Assembly: GCA_964016885.1 (NCBI GenBank)
Contig: OZ024740.1
Coordinates: forward strand, 137,640,001 to 137,704,000
Length of the DNA: 64,000 bases
Source: Eledone cirrhosa
Lineage: Eukaryota
Direction: 5' to 3'
Shown: piece by piece, positions 14,501-29,870 of the stretch
Numbering within the stretch: position 1 is the stretch's first letter
Layout: the number at the start of each line of letters is the position of its first letter
The notes under the pieces: model-generated
Told to the model about the DNA's origin: nothing
The model's input: only the letters and a program-made list of their open reading frames with translations
Databases searched by the model: none
Translations under genes and position numbers: made by a program

Positions 14501-15899
14501 CAATCTCCAATTCTCTCTTTCTCTTATCACTTTTCTCTCAATCTCCAATTCTCTCTTTCTCTTATCACTGTTCTCTCAATCTCCAATTCTCTTTTCTCTT
14601 ATCACTTTTCCCCCAATTTCCAATTCTCTCTTTCTCTTATCACTTTTCTCTCACTCTCCAATTCTCTCTTTCTTTTATCACTTTTCCCCCAATCTCCAAT
14701 TCTCTCTTTCTCTTATCAATTTTCTCTCAATCTCCAATTCTTTCTTTCTCTAATCACTTTTCCCCCAATCTCCAATTCTCTCTTTCTCTTATCACTTTTC
14801 TCTCAATCTCCAATTCTCCTTTTCACTTATCACTTTTTTCTCAATCTCCAATTCTCTCTTTCTCTTATCACTTTTCTCTCAATCTCCAATTCTCTCTTTC
14901 TCTTATCACTTTTCCCCCAATCTCCAATTCTCTCTTTCTCTTATCACTTTTCTCTCAATCTCCAATTCTCTCTTTCTCTTATCACTTTTCTCTCAATCTC
15001 CAATTCTCTCTTTCTCTTCTCACATTTCCCCCAATCTCCAATTCTCTCTTTCTCTCATCACTTTTCTCTCAATCTCCAATTCTCCTTTTCACTTATCACT
15101 TTTTTCTCAATCTCCAATTCTTTCTTTCTCTTATCACTTTTCTCTCAATCTCCAATTCTCTCTTTCTCTTATCACTTTTCTCTCAAACTCCAATTCTCTC
15201 TTTCTCTTATCACTTTTCTCTCAATCTCCAATTCTCTCTTTCTCTTATCACTTTTCTCTCAATCTCCAATTCTCTCTTTCTCTTCTCACTTTTCCCCCAA
15301 TCTCCAATTCTCTCTTTCTCTTATCACTTTAACTCACTCTCCAATTCTCTCCTTCTCTTATCACTTTTCCCCCAATCTCCAATTCTCTCTTTCTCTTATC
15401 ACTTTTCTCTCAATCTCCAATTCTCCTTTTCACTTATCACTTTTTTCTCAATCTCCAATTCTCGCTTTCTCTTATCACTTTTCTCTCAATCTCCAATTCT
15501 CTCTTTCTCTTATCACTTTTCCCCCAATCTCCAATTCTCTCTTTCTCTTATCACCTTTCCCCCAATCTCCAATTCTCTCTTTCTCTTATCACTTTTCTCC
15601 CAATCTCCAATTCTCTCTTTCTCTTATGACTTTTCCCCCATTCTCCAATTCTCTCTTTCTGTTATCAATTTTCTCTCAATCTCCAATTCTTTCTTTCTCT
15701 TATCACTTTTCTCTCAATCTCCAATTCTCTCTTTCTCTTATCACTTTTCCCCCATCTCCAATTCTCTCTTTCTCTTATGACTTTTCCCCCAATCTCCAAT
15801 TATCTCTTTCTCTTATCACTTTAACTCACTCTCCAATTCTCTCTTTCTCTTATCACTTTTCCCCCAATCTCCAATACTCTCTTTCTCTTATCAATTTTC

Positions 15900-18800
15900 C
15901 CTCAATCTCCAATTCTTTCTTTCTCTAATCCCTTTTCCCCCCAATCTCCAATTCTCTCTTTCTCTTATCACTTTTCTCTCACTCTCCAATTCTCTCTTTC
16001 TCTTATGACTTTTCCCCCAATCTCCAATTCTCTCTTTCTCTTATCACTTTTCTCTCAATCTCCAATTCTCTCTTTCTCTTATGACTTTTCCCCCAATCTC
16101 CAATTATCTCTTTCTCTTATCACTTTAACTCACTCTCCAATTCTCTCTTTCTCTTATCAATTTTCTCTAAATCTCCAATTCTTTCTTTCTCTAATCCCTT
16201 TTCCCCCAATCTCCAATTCTCTCTTTCTCTTATCACTTTTCTCTCAATCTCCAATTCTCCTTTTCACTTATCACTTTTTTCTCAATCTCCAATTCTCTCT
16301 TTCTCTTATCACTTTTCGCTCAATCTCCAATTCTCTCTTTCTCTTATCACTTTTCCCCCAATCTCCAATTCTCTCTTTCTCTTATCACTTTTCTCTCAAT
16401 CTCCAATTCTCTCTTTCTCTTATCACTTTTCTCTCAATCTCCAATTCTCTCTTTCTCTTCTCACATTTCCCCCAATCTCCAATTCTCTCTTTCTCTCATC
16501 ACTTTTCTCTCAATCTCCAATTCTCCTTTTCACTTATCAATTTTTTCTCAATCTCCAATTCTTTCTTTCTCTTATCACTTTTCTCTCAATCTCCAATTCT
16601 CTCTTTCTCTTATCACTTTTCCCCCAATCTCCAATTCTCTCTTTCTCTTATCACTTTTCTCTCAATCTCCAATTCTCTCTTTCTCTTATCACTTTTCTCT
16701 CAATCTCCAATTCTCTCTTTCTCTTCTCACATTTCCCCCAATCTCCAATTCTCTCTTTCTCTCATCGCTTTTCTCTCAATCTCCAATTCTCTCTTTCTCT
16801 CCTCACTTTTCTCTGAATCTCCAATTCTCTCTTTATCTTCTCACTTTTCTCTCAATCTCCAATCCTCTCTTTCTGTTCTCAGTTTACTCCCAATCTACAA
16901 TTCTCTCTTTCTCTCATCACTTTTCTCTCAATCTCCAATTCTCTCTTTCTCTTATCACTTTTCCCCCAATCTGCAATTCTCTCTTTCTATTATCCCTTTT
17001 CTCTCAATCTCCAATTCTCTCTTTCTCTTATCACCTTTCCTCCAATCTCCAATTCTCTCTTTCTCTTATCACTTTTCTCTCAATCTCCAATTCTTTCTTT
17101 CTCTTATCACTTTTCTCTCAATCTCCAATTCTCTCTTTCTCTCATCACTTTTCCCCCATATCCAATTCTCTCTTTCATTAATCACTTTTCTCTCAATCTC
17201 CAATTCTCTCTTTCTCTTATCACTTTTCTCTCAAACTCCAATTCTCTCTTTCTCTTATCACTTTTCTCTCAATCTCCAATTCTCTCTTTCTCTTATCACT
17301 TTTCTCTCAATCTCCAATTCTCTCTTTCTCTTCTCACTTTTCCCCCAATCTCCAATTCTCTCTTTCTCTTATCACTTTAACTCACTCTCCAATTCTCTCT
17401 TTCTCTTATCACTTTTCCCCCAATCTCCAATTCTCTCTTTCTCTTATCACTTTTCTCTCAATCTCCAATTCTCCTTTTCACTTATCACTTTTTTCTCAAT
17501 CTCCAATTCTCGCTTTCTCTTATCACTTTTCTCTCAATCTCCAATTCTCTCTTTCTCTTATCACTTTTCCCCCAATCTCCAATTCTCTCTTTCTCTTATC
17601 ACCTTTCCCCCAATCTCCAATTCTCTCTTTCTCTTATCACTTTTCTCTCAATCTCCAATTCTCTCTTTCTCTTATGACTTTTCCCCCAATCTCCAATTCT
17701 CTCTTTCTGTTATCAATTTTCTCTCAATCTCCAATTCTTTCTTTTTCTTATCACTTTTCTCTCAATCTCCAATTCTCTCTTTCTCTTATCACTTTTCCCC
17801 CATCTCCAATTCTCTCTTTCTCTTATCACTTTTCTCTCAATCTCCAATTCTCTCTTTCTCTTATCACTTTTCTCTCAATCTCTAATTCTCTCTTTCTCTT
17901 ATCACTTTTCTCTCAATCTCCAATTCTCTCTTTCTCTTATCACTTTTCCCCCCAATCTCCAATTCTCTCTTTCTCTTATCATTTTTCTCTCACTCTCCAA
18001 TTCTCTCTTTCTCTTATGACTTTTCCCCCCAATCTCCAATTCTCTCTTTCTCTTATCACTTTTCTCTCAATCTCCAATTCTCTCTTTCTCTCATGACTTT
18101 TCCCCCAATCTCCAATTATCTCTTTCTCTTATCACTTTAACTCACTCTCCAATTCTCTCTTTCTCTTATCACTTCTCCCCCAATCTCCAATTCTCTCTTT
18201 CTCTTATCAATTTTCCCTCAATCTCCAATTCTTTCTTTCTCTAATCCCTTTTCCCCCCAATCTCCAATTCTCTCTTTCTCTTATCACTTTTCTCTCACTC
18301 TCCAATTCTCTCTTTCTCTTATGACTTTTCCCCCAATCTCCAATTCTCTCTTTCTCTTATCACTTTTCTCTCAATCTCCAATTCTCTCTTTCTCTCATGA
18401 CTTTTCCCCCAATCTCCAATTATCTCTTTCTCTTATCACTTTAACTCACTCTCCAATTCTCTCTTTCTCTTATCAATTTTCTCTCAACCTCCAATTCTTT
18501 CTTTCTCTAATCCCTTTTCCCCCAATCTCCAATTCTCTCTTTCTCTTATCACTTTTTTCTCAATCTCCAATTCTCCTTTTTATTTATCACTTTTTTCTCA
18601 ATCTCCAATTCTCTCTTTCTCTTATTACTTTTCTCTCAATCTCCAATTCTCTCTTTCTCTTATCACTTTTCCCCCAATCTCCAATTCTCTCTTTCTCCTA
18701 TCACTTTTCTCTCAATCTCCAATTCTCTCTTTCTCTTATCACTTTTCTCTCAATCTCCAATTCTCTCTTTCTCTTCTCACATTTCCCCCAATCTCCAATT

Positions 18801-21800
18801 CTCTCTTTCTCTCATCACTTTTCTCTCAATCTCCAATTCTCCTTTTCACTTATCACTTTTTTCTCAATCTCCAATTCTTTCTTTCTCTTATCACTTTTCT
18901 CTCAATCTCCAATTCTCTCTTTCTCTTATCACTTTTCCCCCAATCTCCAATTCTCTCTTTCTCTTATCACTTTTCTCTCAATCTCCAATTCTCTCTTTCT
19001 CTTATCACTTTTCTCTCAATCTCCAATTCTCTCTTTCTCTTCTCACATTTCCCCCAATCTCCAATTCTCTCTTTCTCTCATCGCTTTTCTCTCAATCTCC
19101 AATTCTCTCTTTCTCTCCTCACTTTTCTCTGAATCTCCAATTCTCTCTTTATCTTCTCACTTTTCTCTCAATCTCCAATCCTCTCTTTCTGTTCTCAGTT
19201 TACTCCCAATCTACAATTCTCTCTTTCTCTCATCACTTTTCTCTCAATCTCCAATTCTCTGTTTCTCTTATCACTTTTCCCCCAATCTCCAATTCTCTCT
19301 TTCTATTATCCCTTTTCTCTCAATCTCCAATTCTCTCTTTCTCTTATCACCTTTCCCCCAATCTCCAATTCTCTCTTTCTCTTATCACTTTTCTCTCAAT
19401 CTCCAATTCTTTCTTTCTCTTATCACTTTTCTCTCAATCTCCAATTCTCTCTTTCTCTTATCACTTTTCCCCCATCTCCAATTCTCTCTTTCTTTTATCA
19501 CTTTTCTCTCAATCTCCAATTCTCTCTTTCTCTTATCACTTTTCTCTCAAACTCCAATTCTCTCTTTCTCTTATCACTTTTCTCTCAATCTCCAATTCTC
19601 TCTTTCTCTTATCACTTTTCTCTCAATCTCCAATTCTCTCTTTCTCTTCTCACTTTTCCCCCAATCTCCAATTCTCTCTTTCTCTTATCACTTTTCCCCC
19701 AATCTCCAATTCTCTCTTTCTCTTATCACTTTTTTCTCAATCTCCAATTCTCGCTTTCTCTTATCACTTTTCCCCCAATCTCCAATTCTCTCTTTCTCTT
19801 ATCACCTTTCCCCCAATCTCCAATTCTCTCTTTCTCTTATCACTTTTCTCTCAATCTCCAATTCTCTCTTTCTCTTATGACTTTTCCCCCAATCTCCAAT
19901 TCTCTCTTTCTGTTATCAATTTTCTCTCAATCTCCAATTCTTTCTTTCTCTTATCACTTTTCTCTCAATCTCCAATTCTCTCTTTCTCTTATCACTTTTC
20001 CCCCATCTCCAATTCTCTCTTTCTCTTATCACTTTTCTCTCAATCTCCAATTCTCTCTTTCTCTTATCACTTTTCTCTCAATCTCTAATTCTCTCTTTCT
20101 CTTATCACTTTTCTCTCAATCTCCAATTCTCTCTTTCTCTTATCACTTTTCCCCCCAATCTCCAATTCTCTCTTTCTCTTATCATTTTTCTCTCACTCTC
20201 CAATTCTCTCTTTCTCTTATGACTTTTCCCCCCAATCTCCAATTCTCTCTTTCTCTTATCACTTTTCTCTCAATCTCCAATTCTCTCTTTCTCTCATGAC
20301 TTTTCCCCCAATCTCCAATTATCTCTTTCTCTTATCACTTTAACTCACTCTCCAATTCTCTCTTTCTCTTATCACTTTTCCCCCAATCTCCAATTCTCTC
20401 TTTCTCTTATCAATTTTCCCTCAATCTCCAATTCTTTCTTTCTCTAATCCCTTTTTCCCCCAATCTCCAATTCACTCTTTCTCTTATCACTTTTCTCTCA
20501 CTCTCCAATTCTCTCTTTCTCTTATGACTTTTCCCCCAATCTCCAATTCTCTCTTTCTCTTATCACTTTTCTCTCAATCTCCAATTCTCTCTTTCTCTTA
20601 TGACTTTAACTCACTCTCCAATTCTCTCTTTCTCTTATCAATTTTCTCTCAATCTCCAATTCTTTCTTTCTCTAATCCCTTTTCCCCCAATCTCCAATTC
20701 TCTCTTTCTCTTATCACTTTTCTCTCAATCTCCAATTCTCCTTTTCACTTATCACTTTTTTCTCAATCTCCAATTCTCTCCTTCTCTTATCCCTTTTCTC
20801 TCAATCTCCAATTCTCTCTTTCTCTTATCACTTTTCCCCCAATCTCCAATTCTCTCTTTCTGTTATCAATTTTCTCTCAATCTCCAATTCTTTATTTCTC
20901 TTATCACTTTTCTCTCAATCTCCAATTCTCTCTTTCTCTTATCACTTTTCCCCCATCTCCAATTCTGTTTTTCTCTTATCACTTTTCTCTCAATCTCCAA
21001 TTCTCTCTTTCTCTTATCACTTTTCTCTCAATCTCCAATTCTCTCTTTCTCTTATCACTTTTCTCTCACTCTCCAATTCTCTCTTTCTCTTATCACTTTT
21101 CCTCCAATCTCCAATTCTCTCTTTCTCTTATCAATTTTCTCTCAATCTCCAATTCTGTCTTTCTATTCTCAGATTTCCCCCAATCTCCAATTCTCTCTTT
21201 CTCTCCTCACTTTTCTCTGAATCTCCAATTCTCTCATAATCTTCTCACTTTTCTCTCAATCTCCAATCCTCTCTTTCTGTTCTCAGTTTACTCCCAATCT
21301 ACAATTCTCTCTTTCCCTCATCACTTTTCTCTCAATCTCCAATTCTCTCTTTCTCTTATCACTTTTCCCCCAATCTCCAATTCTCCCTTTCTATTATCAC
21401 TTTTCTCTCAATCTCCAATTCTCTCTTTCTCTTATAACCTTTCCCCCAATCTCCAATTCTCTCTTTCTCTTATCACTTTTCTCTCAATCTCCAATTCTCT
21501 CTTTCTCTTATCACTTTTCCCCCATCTCCAATTCTCTCTTTCTTTTATCACTTTTCTCTCAATCTCCAATTCTCTCTTTCTCTTATCACTTTTCTGTCAA
21601 ACTCCAATTCTCTCTTTCTCTTATCACTTTTCTCTCAATCTCCAATTCTCTCTTTCTCTTATCACTTTTCTCTCAATCTCCAATTCTCTCTTTCTCTTCT
21701 CACTTTTCCCCCAATCTCCAATTCTCTCTTTCTCTTATCACTTTTCCCCCAATCTCCAATTCTCTCTTTCTCTTATCACTTTAACTCACTCTCCAATTCT

Positions 21801-22900
21801 CTCTTTCTCTTATCACTTTTCCCCCAATCTCCAATTCTCTCTTTCTCTTATCAATTTTCTCTCAATCTCCAATTCTTTCCTTCTCTAATCACTTTTCCCC
21901 CAATCTCCAATTCTCTCTTTCTCTTATCACTTTTCTCTCAATCTCCAATTCTCCTTTTCACTTATCACTTTTTTCTCAATCTCCAATTCTCTCTTTCTCT
22001 TATCACTTTTCTCTCAATCTCCAATTCTCTCTTTCTCTTATCACCTTTCCCCCAATCTCCAATTCTCTCTTTCTCTTATCAATTTTCTCTCAATCTCCAA
22101 TTCTCTCTTTCTCTTATGACTTTTCCCCCCATCTCCAATTCTCTCTTTCTGTTATCAATTTTCTCTGAATCTCCAATTCTTTCTTTCTCTTATCACTTTT
22201 CTCTCAATCTCCAATTCTCTCTTTCTCTTATCACTTTTCCCCCATCTCCAATTCTCTCTTTCTCTTATCACTTTTCTCTCAATCTCCAATTCTCTCTTTC
22301 TCTTATCACTTTTCTCTCAATCTCTAATTCTCTCTTTCTCTTATCACTTTTCTCTCAATCTCCAATTCTCTCTTTCTCTTATCACCTTTCCCCCAATCTC
22401 CAATTCTCTCTTTCTCTTATCACTTTTCTCTCAATCTCCAATTCTCTCTTTCTCTTATGACTTTTCCCCCAATCTCCAATTCTCTCATTCTGTTATCAAT
22501 TTTCTCTCAATCTCCAATTCTTTCTTTCTCTTATCACTTTTCTCTCAATCTCCAATTCTCTCTTTCTCTTATCACTTTTCCCCCATCTCCAATTCTCTCT
22601 TTCTCTTATCACTTTTCTCTCAATCTCCAATTCTCTCTTTCTCTTATCACTTTTCTCTCAATCTCTAATTCTCTCTTTCTCTTATCACTTTTCTCTCAAT
22701 CTCCAATTCTCTCTTTCTCTTATCACTTTTCCCCCCAATCTCCAATTCTCTCTTTCTCTTATCATTTTTCTCTCACTCTCCAATTCTCTCTTTCTCTTAT
22801 GACTTTTCCCCCCAATCTCCAATTCTCTCTTTCTCTTATCACTTTTCTCTCAATCTCCAATTCTCTCTTTCTCTTATGACTTTTCCCCCAATCTCCAATT
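15900..22900 (+). repeat. Imperfect higher-order repeats of ~2.2-2.6 kb
   Basis: Matching ORF starts: 17674/19877 and 18321/20524 (offset 2,203), 16005/18321 (2,316), 19877/22457 (2,580). Shared markers include atcatttttctctcac, ctcgctttc and ctcatcgc. Confidence 0.78.
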
Positions 22901-23699
22901 ATCTCTTTCTCTTATCACTTTAACTCACTCTCCAATTCTCTCTTTCTCTTATCACTCTTCCCCCAATCTCCAATTCTCTCTTTCTCTTATCAATTTTCCC
23001 TCAATCTCCAATTCTTTCTTTCTCTTATCAATTTTCTCTCAATCTCCAATTCTTTCTTTCTTTAATCCCTTTTCCCACAATCTCCAATTCTCTCTTTCTC
23101 TTATCACTTTTCTCTCAATCTCCAATTCTCCTTTTCACTTATCACTTTTTTCTCAATCTCCAATTCTCTCTTTCTCTTATCCCTTTTCTCTCAATCTCCA
23201 ATTCTCTCTTTCTCTTATCACTTTTCCCCCAATCTCCAATTCTCTCTTTCTGTTATCAATTTTCTCTCAATCTCCAATTCTTTATTTCTCTTATCACTTT
23301 TCTCTCAATCTCCAATTCTCTCTTTCTCTTATCACTTTTCCCCCATCTCCAATTCTGTCTTTCTCTTATCACTTTTCTCTCAATCTCCAATTCTCTCTTT
23401 CTCTTATCACTTTTCTCTCACTCTCCAATTCTCTCTTTCTCTTATCACTTTTCCCCAAATCTCCAATTCTCTCTTTCTCTTATCAATTTTCTCTCAATCT
23501 CCAATTCTGTCTTTCTATTCTCACATTTCCCCCAATCTCCAATTCTCTCTTTCTCTCATCACTTTTCTCTCAATCTCCAATTCTCTCTTTCTCTCCTCAC
23601 TTTTCTCTGAATCTCCAATTCTCTCATAATCTTCTCACTTTTCTCTCAATCTCCAATCCTCTCTTTTTGTTCTCAGTTTACTCCCAATCTACAATTCTC

Positions 23700-26600
23700 T
23701 CTTTCCCTCATCACTTTTCTCTCAACCTCCAATTCTCTCTTTCTCTTATCACTTTTCCCCCAATCTCCAATTCTCCCTTTCTATTATCACTTTTCTCTCA
23801 ATCTCCAATTCTCTCTTTCTCTTATCACCTTTCCCCCAATCTCCAATTCTCTCTTTCTCTTATCACTTTTCTCTCAATCTCCAATTCTCTCTTTCTCTTA
23901 TCACTTTTCCCCCATCTCCAATTCTCTCTTTCTTTTATCACTTTTCTCTCAATCTCCAATTCTCTCTTTCTCTTATCACTTTTCTCTCAAACTCCAATTC
24001 TCTCTTTCTCTTATCACTTTTCTCTCAATCTCCAATTCTCTCTTTCTCTTATCACTTTTCTCTCAATCTCCAATTCTCTCTTTCTCTTCTCACTTTTCCC
24101 CCAATCTCCAATTCTCTCTTTCTCTTATCACTTTTCCCCCAATCTCCAATTCTCTCTTTCTCTTATCACTTTAACTCACTCTCCAATTCTTTCTTTCTCT
24201 TATCACTTTTCCCCCAATCTCCAATTCTCTCTTTCTCTTATCAATTTTCTCTCAATCTCCAATTCTTTCCTTCTCTAATCACTTTTCCCCCAATCTCCAA
24301 TTCTCTCTTTCTCTTATCACTTTTCTCTCAATCTCCAATTCCCCTTTTCACTTATCACTTTTTTCTCAATCTCCAATTCTCTCTTTCTCTTATCGCTTTT
24401 CTCTCAATCTCCAATTCTCTCTTTCTCTTATCACTTTTTCCCCAATCTCCAATTCTCTCTTTCTCTTATCACCTTTCCCCCAATCTCCAATTCTCTCTTT
24501 CTCTTATCACTTTTCTCTCAATCTACAATTCTCTCTTTCTCTTATGACTTTTCCCCCAATCTCCAATTCTCTCTTTCTGTTATCAATTTTCTCTCAATCT
24601 CCAATTCTTTCTTTCTCTTATCACTTTTCTCTCAATCTCCAATTCTCTCTTTCTCTTATCACTTTTCCCCCATCTCCAATTCTCTCTTTCTCTTATCACT
24701 TTTCTCTCAATCTCTAATTCTCTCTTTCTCTTATCACTTTTCTCTCAATCTCCAATTCTCTCTTTCTCTTATCACTTTTCCCCCCAATCTCCAATTCTCT
24801 CTTTCTCTTATCACTTTTCTCTCACTCTCCAATTCTCTCTTTCTCTTATGACTTTTCCCCCAATCTCCAATTCTCTCTTTCTCTTATCACTTTTCTCTCA
24901 ATCTCCAATTCTGTCTTTCTCTTATGACTTTTCCCCCAATCTCCAATTATCTCTTTCTCTTATCACTTTAACTCACTCTCCAATTCTCTCTTTCTCTTAT
25001 CACTTTTCCCCCAATCTCCAATTCTCTCTTTCTCTTATCAATTTTCTCTCAATCTCCAATTCTTTCTTTCTCTAATCCCTTTTCCCCCAATCTCCAATTC
25101 TCTCTTTCTCTTATCACTTTTCTCTCAATCTCCAATTCTCTTTTTCACTTATCACTTTTTTCTCAATCTCCAATTCTCTCTTTCTCTTATCACTTTTCTC
25201 TCAATCTCCAATTATCTCTTTCTCTTATCATTTTTCCCCCAATCTACAATTCTCTCTTTCTCTTATCACCTTTCCCCCAATCTCCAATTCTCTCTTTCTC
25301 TTATCACTTTTCCCCCAATCTCCAATTCTCTCTTTCTCTTATCACTTTTCTCTCAATCTCCAATTCTGTCTTTCTATTCTCACATTTCCCCCAATCTCCA
25401 ATTCTCTCTTTCTCTCATCACTTTTCTCTCAATCTCCAATTCTCTCTTTCTCTCCTCACTTTTCTCTGAATCTCCAATTCTCTCTTAATCTTCTCACTTT
25501 TCTCTCAAACTCCAATCCTCTCTTTCTGTTCTCAGTTTACTCCCAATCTACAATTCTCTCTTTCCCTCATCACCTTTCTCTCAATCTCCAATTCTCTCTT
25601 TCTCTTATCACTTTTCCCCCAATCTCCAATTCTCTCTTTCTATTATCACTTTTCTCTCAATCTCCAATTCTCTCTTTCTCTTATCACTTTTCTCTCAATC
25701 TCCAATTCTCTCTTTCTCTTCTCACATTTCCCCCAATCTCCAATTCTCTCTTTCTCTCATCACTTTTCTCTCAATCTCCAATTCTCCTTTTCACTTATCA
25801 CTTTTTCCTCAATCTCCAATTCTTTCTTTCTCTTATCACTTTTCTCTCAATCTCCAATTCTCTCTTTCTCTTATCACTTTTCTCTCAATCTCCAATTCTC
25901 TCTTTCTCTTCTCACATTTCCCCCAATCTCCAATTCTCTCTTTCTCTTATCACTTTTCTCTCAATCTCCAATTCTCCTTTTCACTTATCACTTTTTTCTC
26001 AATCTCCAATTCTCTCTTTCTCTTATCCCTTTTCTCTCAATCTCCAATTCTCTCTTTCTCTTATCACTTTTCCCCCAATCTCCAATTCTCTCTTTCTGTT
26101 ATCAATTTTCTCTCAATCTCCAATTCTTTATTTCTCTTATCACTTTTCTCTCAATCTCCGATTCTCTCTTTCTCTTATCACTTTTCCCCCATCTCCAATT
26201 CTGTCTTTCTCTTATCACTTTTCTCTCAATCTCCAATTCTCTCTTTCTCTTATCACTTTTCTCTCAATCTCCAATTCTCTCTTTCTCTTATCACTTTTCT
26301 CTCACTCTCCAATTCTCTCTTTCTCTTATCACTTTTCCCCCAATCTCCAATTCTCTCTTTCTCTTATAAATTTTCTCTCAATCTCCAAATCTGTCTTTCT
26401 ATTCTCACATTTCCCCCAATCTCCAATTCTCTCTTTCTCTCATCACTTTTCTCTCAATCTCCAATTCTCTCTTTCTCTCCTCACTTTTCTCTGAATCTCC
26501 AATTCTCTCATAATCTTCTCACTTTTCTCTCAATCTCCAATCCTCTCTTTCTGTTCTCAGTTTACTCCCAATCTACAATTCTCTCTTTCCCTCATCACTT

Positions 26601-29600
26601 TTCTCTCAATCTCCAATTCTCTCTTTCTCTTATCACCTTTCCCCCAATCTCCAATTCTCTCTTTCTCTTATCACTTTTCTCTCAATCTCCAATTCTCTCT
26701 TTCTCTTATCACTTTTCCCCCATCTCCAATTCTCTCTTTCTTTTATCACTTTTCTCTCAATCTCCAATTCTCTCTTTCTCTTATCACTTTTCTCTCAAAC
26801 TCCAATTCTCTCTTTCTCTTATCACTTTTCTCTCAATCTCCAATTCTCTCTTTCTCTTATCACTTTTCTCTCAATCTCCAATTCTCTCTTTCTCTTCTCA
26901 CTTTTCCCCCAATCTCCAATTCTCTCTTTCTCTTATCACTTTTCCCCCAATCTCCAATTCTCTCTTTCTCTCATCACTTTAACTCACTCTCCAATTCTCT
27001 CTTTCTCTTATCACTTTTCCCCCAATCTCCAATTCTCTCTTTATCTTATCAATTATCTCTCAATCTCCAATTCTTTCCTTCTCTAATCACTTTTCCCCCA
27101 ATCTCCAATTCTCTCTTTCTCTTATCACTTTTCTCTCAATCTCCAATTCCCCTTTTCACTTATCACTTTTTTCTCAATCTCCAATACTCTCTTTCTCTCA
27201 TCACTTTTCTCTCAATCTCCAATTCTCTCTTTCTCTTATCACTTTTTCCCCAATCTCCAATTCTCTCTTTCTCTTATCACCTTTCCCCCAATCTCCAATT
27301 CTCTCTTTCTCTTATCACTTTTCTCTCAATCTACAATTCTCTCTTTCTCTTATGACTTTTCCCCCAATCTCCAATTCTCTCTTTCTGTTATCAATTTTCT
27401 CTCAATCTCCAATTCTTTCTTTCTCTTATCACTTTTCTCTCAATCTCCAATTCTCTCTTTCTCTTATCACTTTTCCCCCATCTCCAATTCTCTCTTTCTC
27501 TTATCACTTTTCTCTCAATCTCTAATTCTCTCTTTCTCTTATCACTTTTCTCTCAATCTCCAATTCTCTCTTTCTCTTATCACTTTTCCCCCCAATCTCC
27601 AATTCTCTCTTTCTCTTATCACTTTTCTCTCACTCTCCAATTCTGTCTTTCTCTTATGACTTTTCCCCCAATCTCCAATTCTCTCTTTCCCTCATCACTT
27701 TTCTCTCAACCTCCAATTCTCTCTTTCTCTTATCACTTTTCCCCCAATCTCCAATTCTCCCTTTCTATTATCACTTTTCTCTCAATCTCCAATTCTCTCT
27801 TTCTCTTATCACCTTTCCCCCAATCTCCAATTCTCTCTTTCTCTTATCACTTTTCTCTCAATCTCCAATTCTCTCTTTCTCTTATCACTTTTCCCCCATC
27901 TCCAATTCTCTCTTTCTTTTATCACTTTTCTCTCAATCTCCAATTCTCTCTTTCTCTTATCACTTTTCTCTCAAACTCCAATTCTCTCTTTCTCTTATCA
28001 CTTTTCTCTCAATCTCCAATTCTCTCTTTCTCTTATCACTTTTCTCTCAATCTCCAATTCTCTCTTTCTCTTCTCACTTTTCCCCCAATCTCCAATTCTC
28101 TCTTTCTCTTATCACTTTTCCCCCAATCTCCAATTCTCTCTTTCTCTTATCACTTTAACTCACTCTCCAATTCTCTCTTTCTCTTATCACTTTTCCCCCA
28201 ATCTCCAATTCTCTCTTTCTCTTATCAATTTTCTCTCAATCTCCAATTCTTTCCTTCTCTAATCACTTTTCCCCCAATCTCCAATTCTCTCTTTCTCTTA
28301 TCACTTCTCTCTCAATCTCCAATTCCCCTTTTCACTTATCACTTTTTTCTCAATCTCCAATTTTCTCTTTCTCTTATCACTTTTCTCTCAATCTCCAATT
28401 CTCTCTTTCTCTTATCACTTTTTCCCCAATCTCCAATTCTCTCTTTCTCTAATCACCTTTCCCCCAATCTCCAATTCTCTCTTTCTCTTATCACTTTTCT
28501 CTCAATCTACAATTCTCTCTTTCTCTTATGACTTTTCCCCCAATCTCCAATTCTCTCTTTCTGTTATCAATTTTCTCTCAATCTCCAATTCTTTCTTTCT
28601 CTTATCACTTTTCTCTCAATCTCCAATTCTCTCTTTCTCTTATCACTTTTCCCCCATCTCCAATTCTCTCTTTCTCTTATCACTTTTCTCTCAATCTCTA
28701 ATTCTCTCTTTCTCTTATCACTTTTCTCTCAATCTCCAATTCTCTCTTTCTCTTATCACTTTTCCCCCCAATCTCCAATTCTCTCTTTCTCTTATCACCT
28801 TTCTCTCACTCTCCAATTCTCTCTTTCTCTTATGACTTTTCCCCCAATCTCCAATTCTCTCTTTCTCTTATCACTTTTCTCTCAATCTCCAATTCTGTCT
28901 TTCTCTTATGACTTTTCCCCCAATCTCCAATTATCTCTTTCTCTTATCACTTTAACTCACTCTCCAATTCTCTCTTTCTCTTATCACTTTTCCCCCAATC
29001 TCCAATTCTCTCTTTCTCTTATCAATTTTCTCTCAATCTCCAATTCTTTCTTTCTCTAATCCCTTTTCCCCCAATCTCCAATTCTCTCTTTCTCTTATCA
29101 CTTTTCTCTCAATCTCCAATTCTCCTTTTCACTTATCACTTTTTTCTCAATCTCCAATTCTCTCTTTCTCTTATCACTTTTCTCTCAATCTCCAATTATC
29201 TCTTTCTCTTATCATTTTTCCCCCAATCTACAATTCTCTCTTTCTCTTATCACCTTTCCCCCAATCTCCAATTCTCTCTTTCTCTTATCACTTTTCCCCC
29301 AATCTCCTATTCTCTCTTTCTCTTATCACTTTTCTCTCAATCTCCAATTCTGTCTTTCTATTCTCACATTTCCCCCAATCTCCAATTCTCTCTTTCTCTC
29401 ATCACTTTTCCCCCAATCTCCAATTCTCTCTGTCTCTCCTCACTTTTCTCTGAATCTCCAATTCTCTCTTAATCTTCTCACTTTTCTCTCAAACTCCAAT
29501 CCTCTCTTTCTGTTCTCAGTTTACTCCCAATCTACAATTCTCTCTTTCCCTCATCACTTTTCTCTCAATCTCCAATTCTCTCTTTCTCTTATCACTTTTC

Positions 29601-29870
29601 CCCCAATCTCCAATTCTCTCTTTCTATTATCACTTTTCTCTCAATCTCCAATTCTCTCTTTCTCTTATCACTTTTCTCTCAATCTCCAATTCTCTCTTTC
29701 TCTTCTCACATTTCCCCCAATCTCCAATTCTCTCTTTCTCTCATCACTTTTCTCTCAATCTCCAATTCTCCTTTTCACTTATCACTTTTTCCTCAATCTC
29801 CAATTCTTTCTTTCTCTTATCACTTTTCTCTCAATCTCCAATTCTCTCTTCCTCTTATCACTTTTCTATC
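23700..29870 (+). repeat. Higher-order duplication with 3,984-bp offset (~105 monomers), containing internal sub-duplications
   Basis: Identical ORFs at 24848 and 28832. The marker attatctctttctcttatcatttttcccccaatctac occurs at 25211 and 29195. ATG variants sit at 24544, 27352 and 28528. Confidence 0.8.
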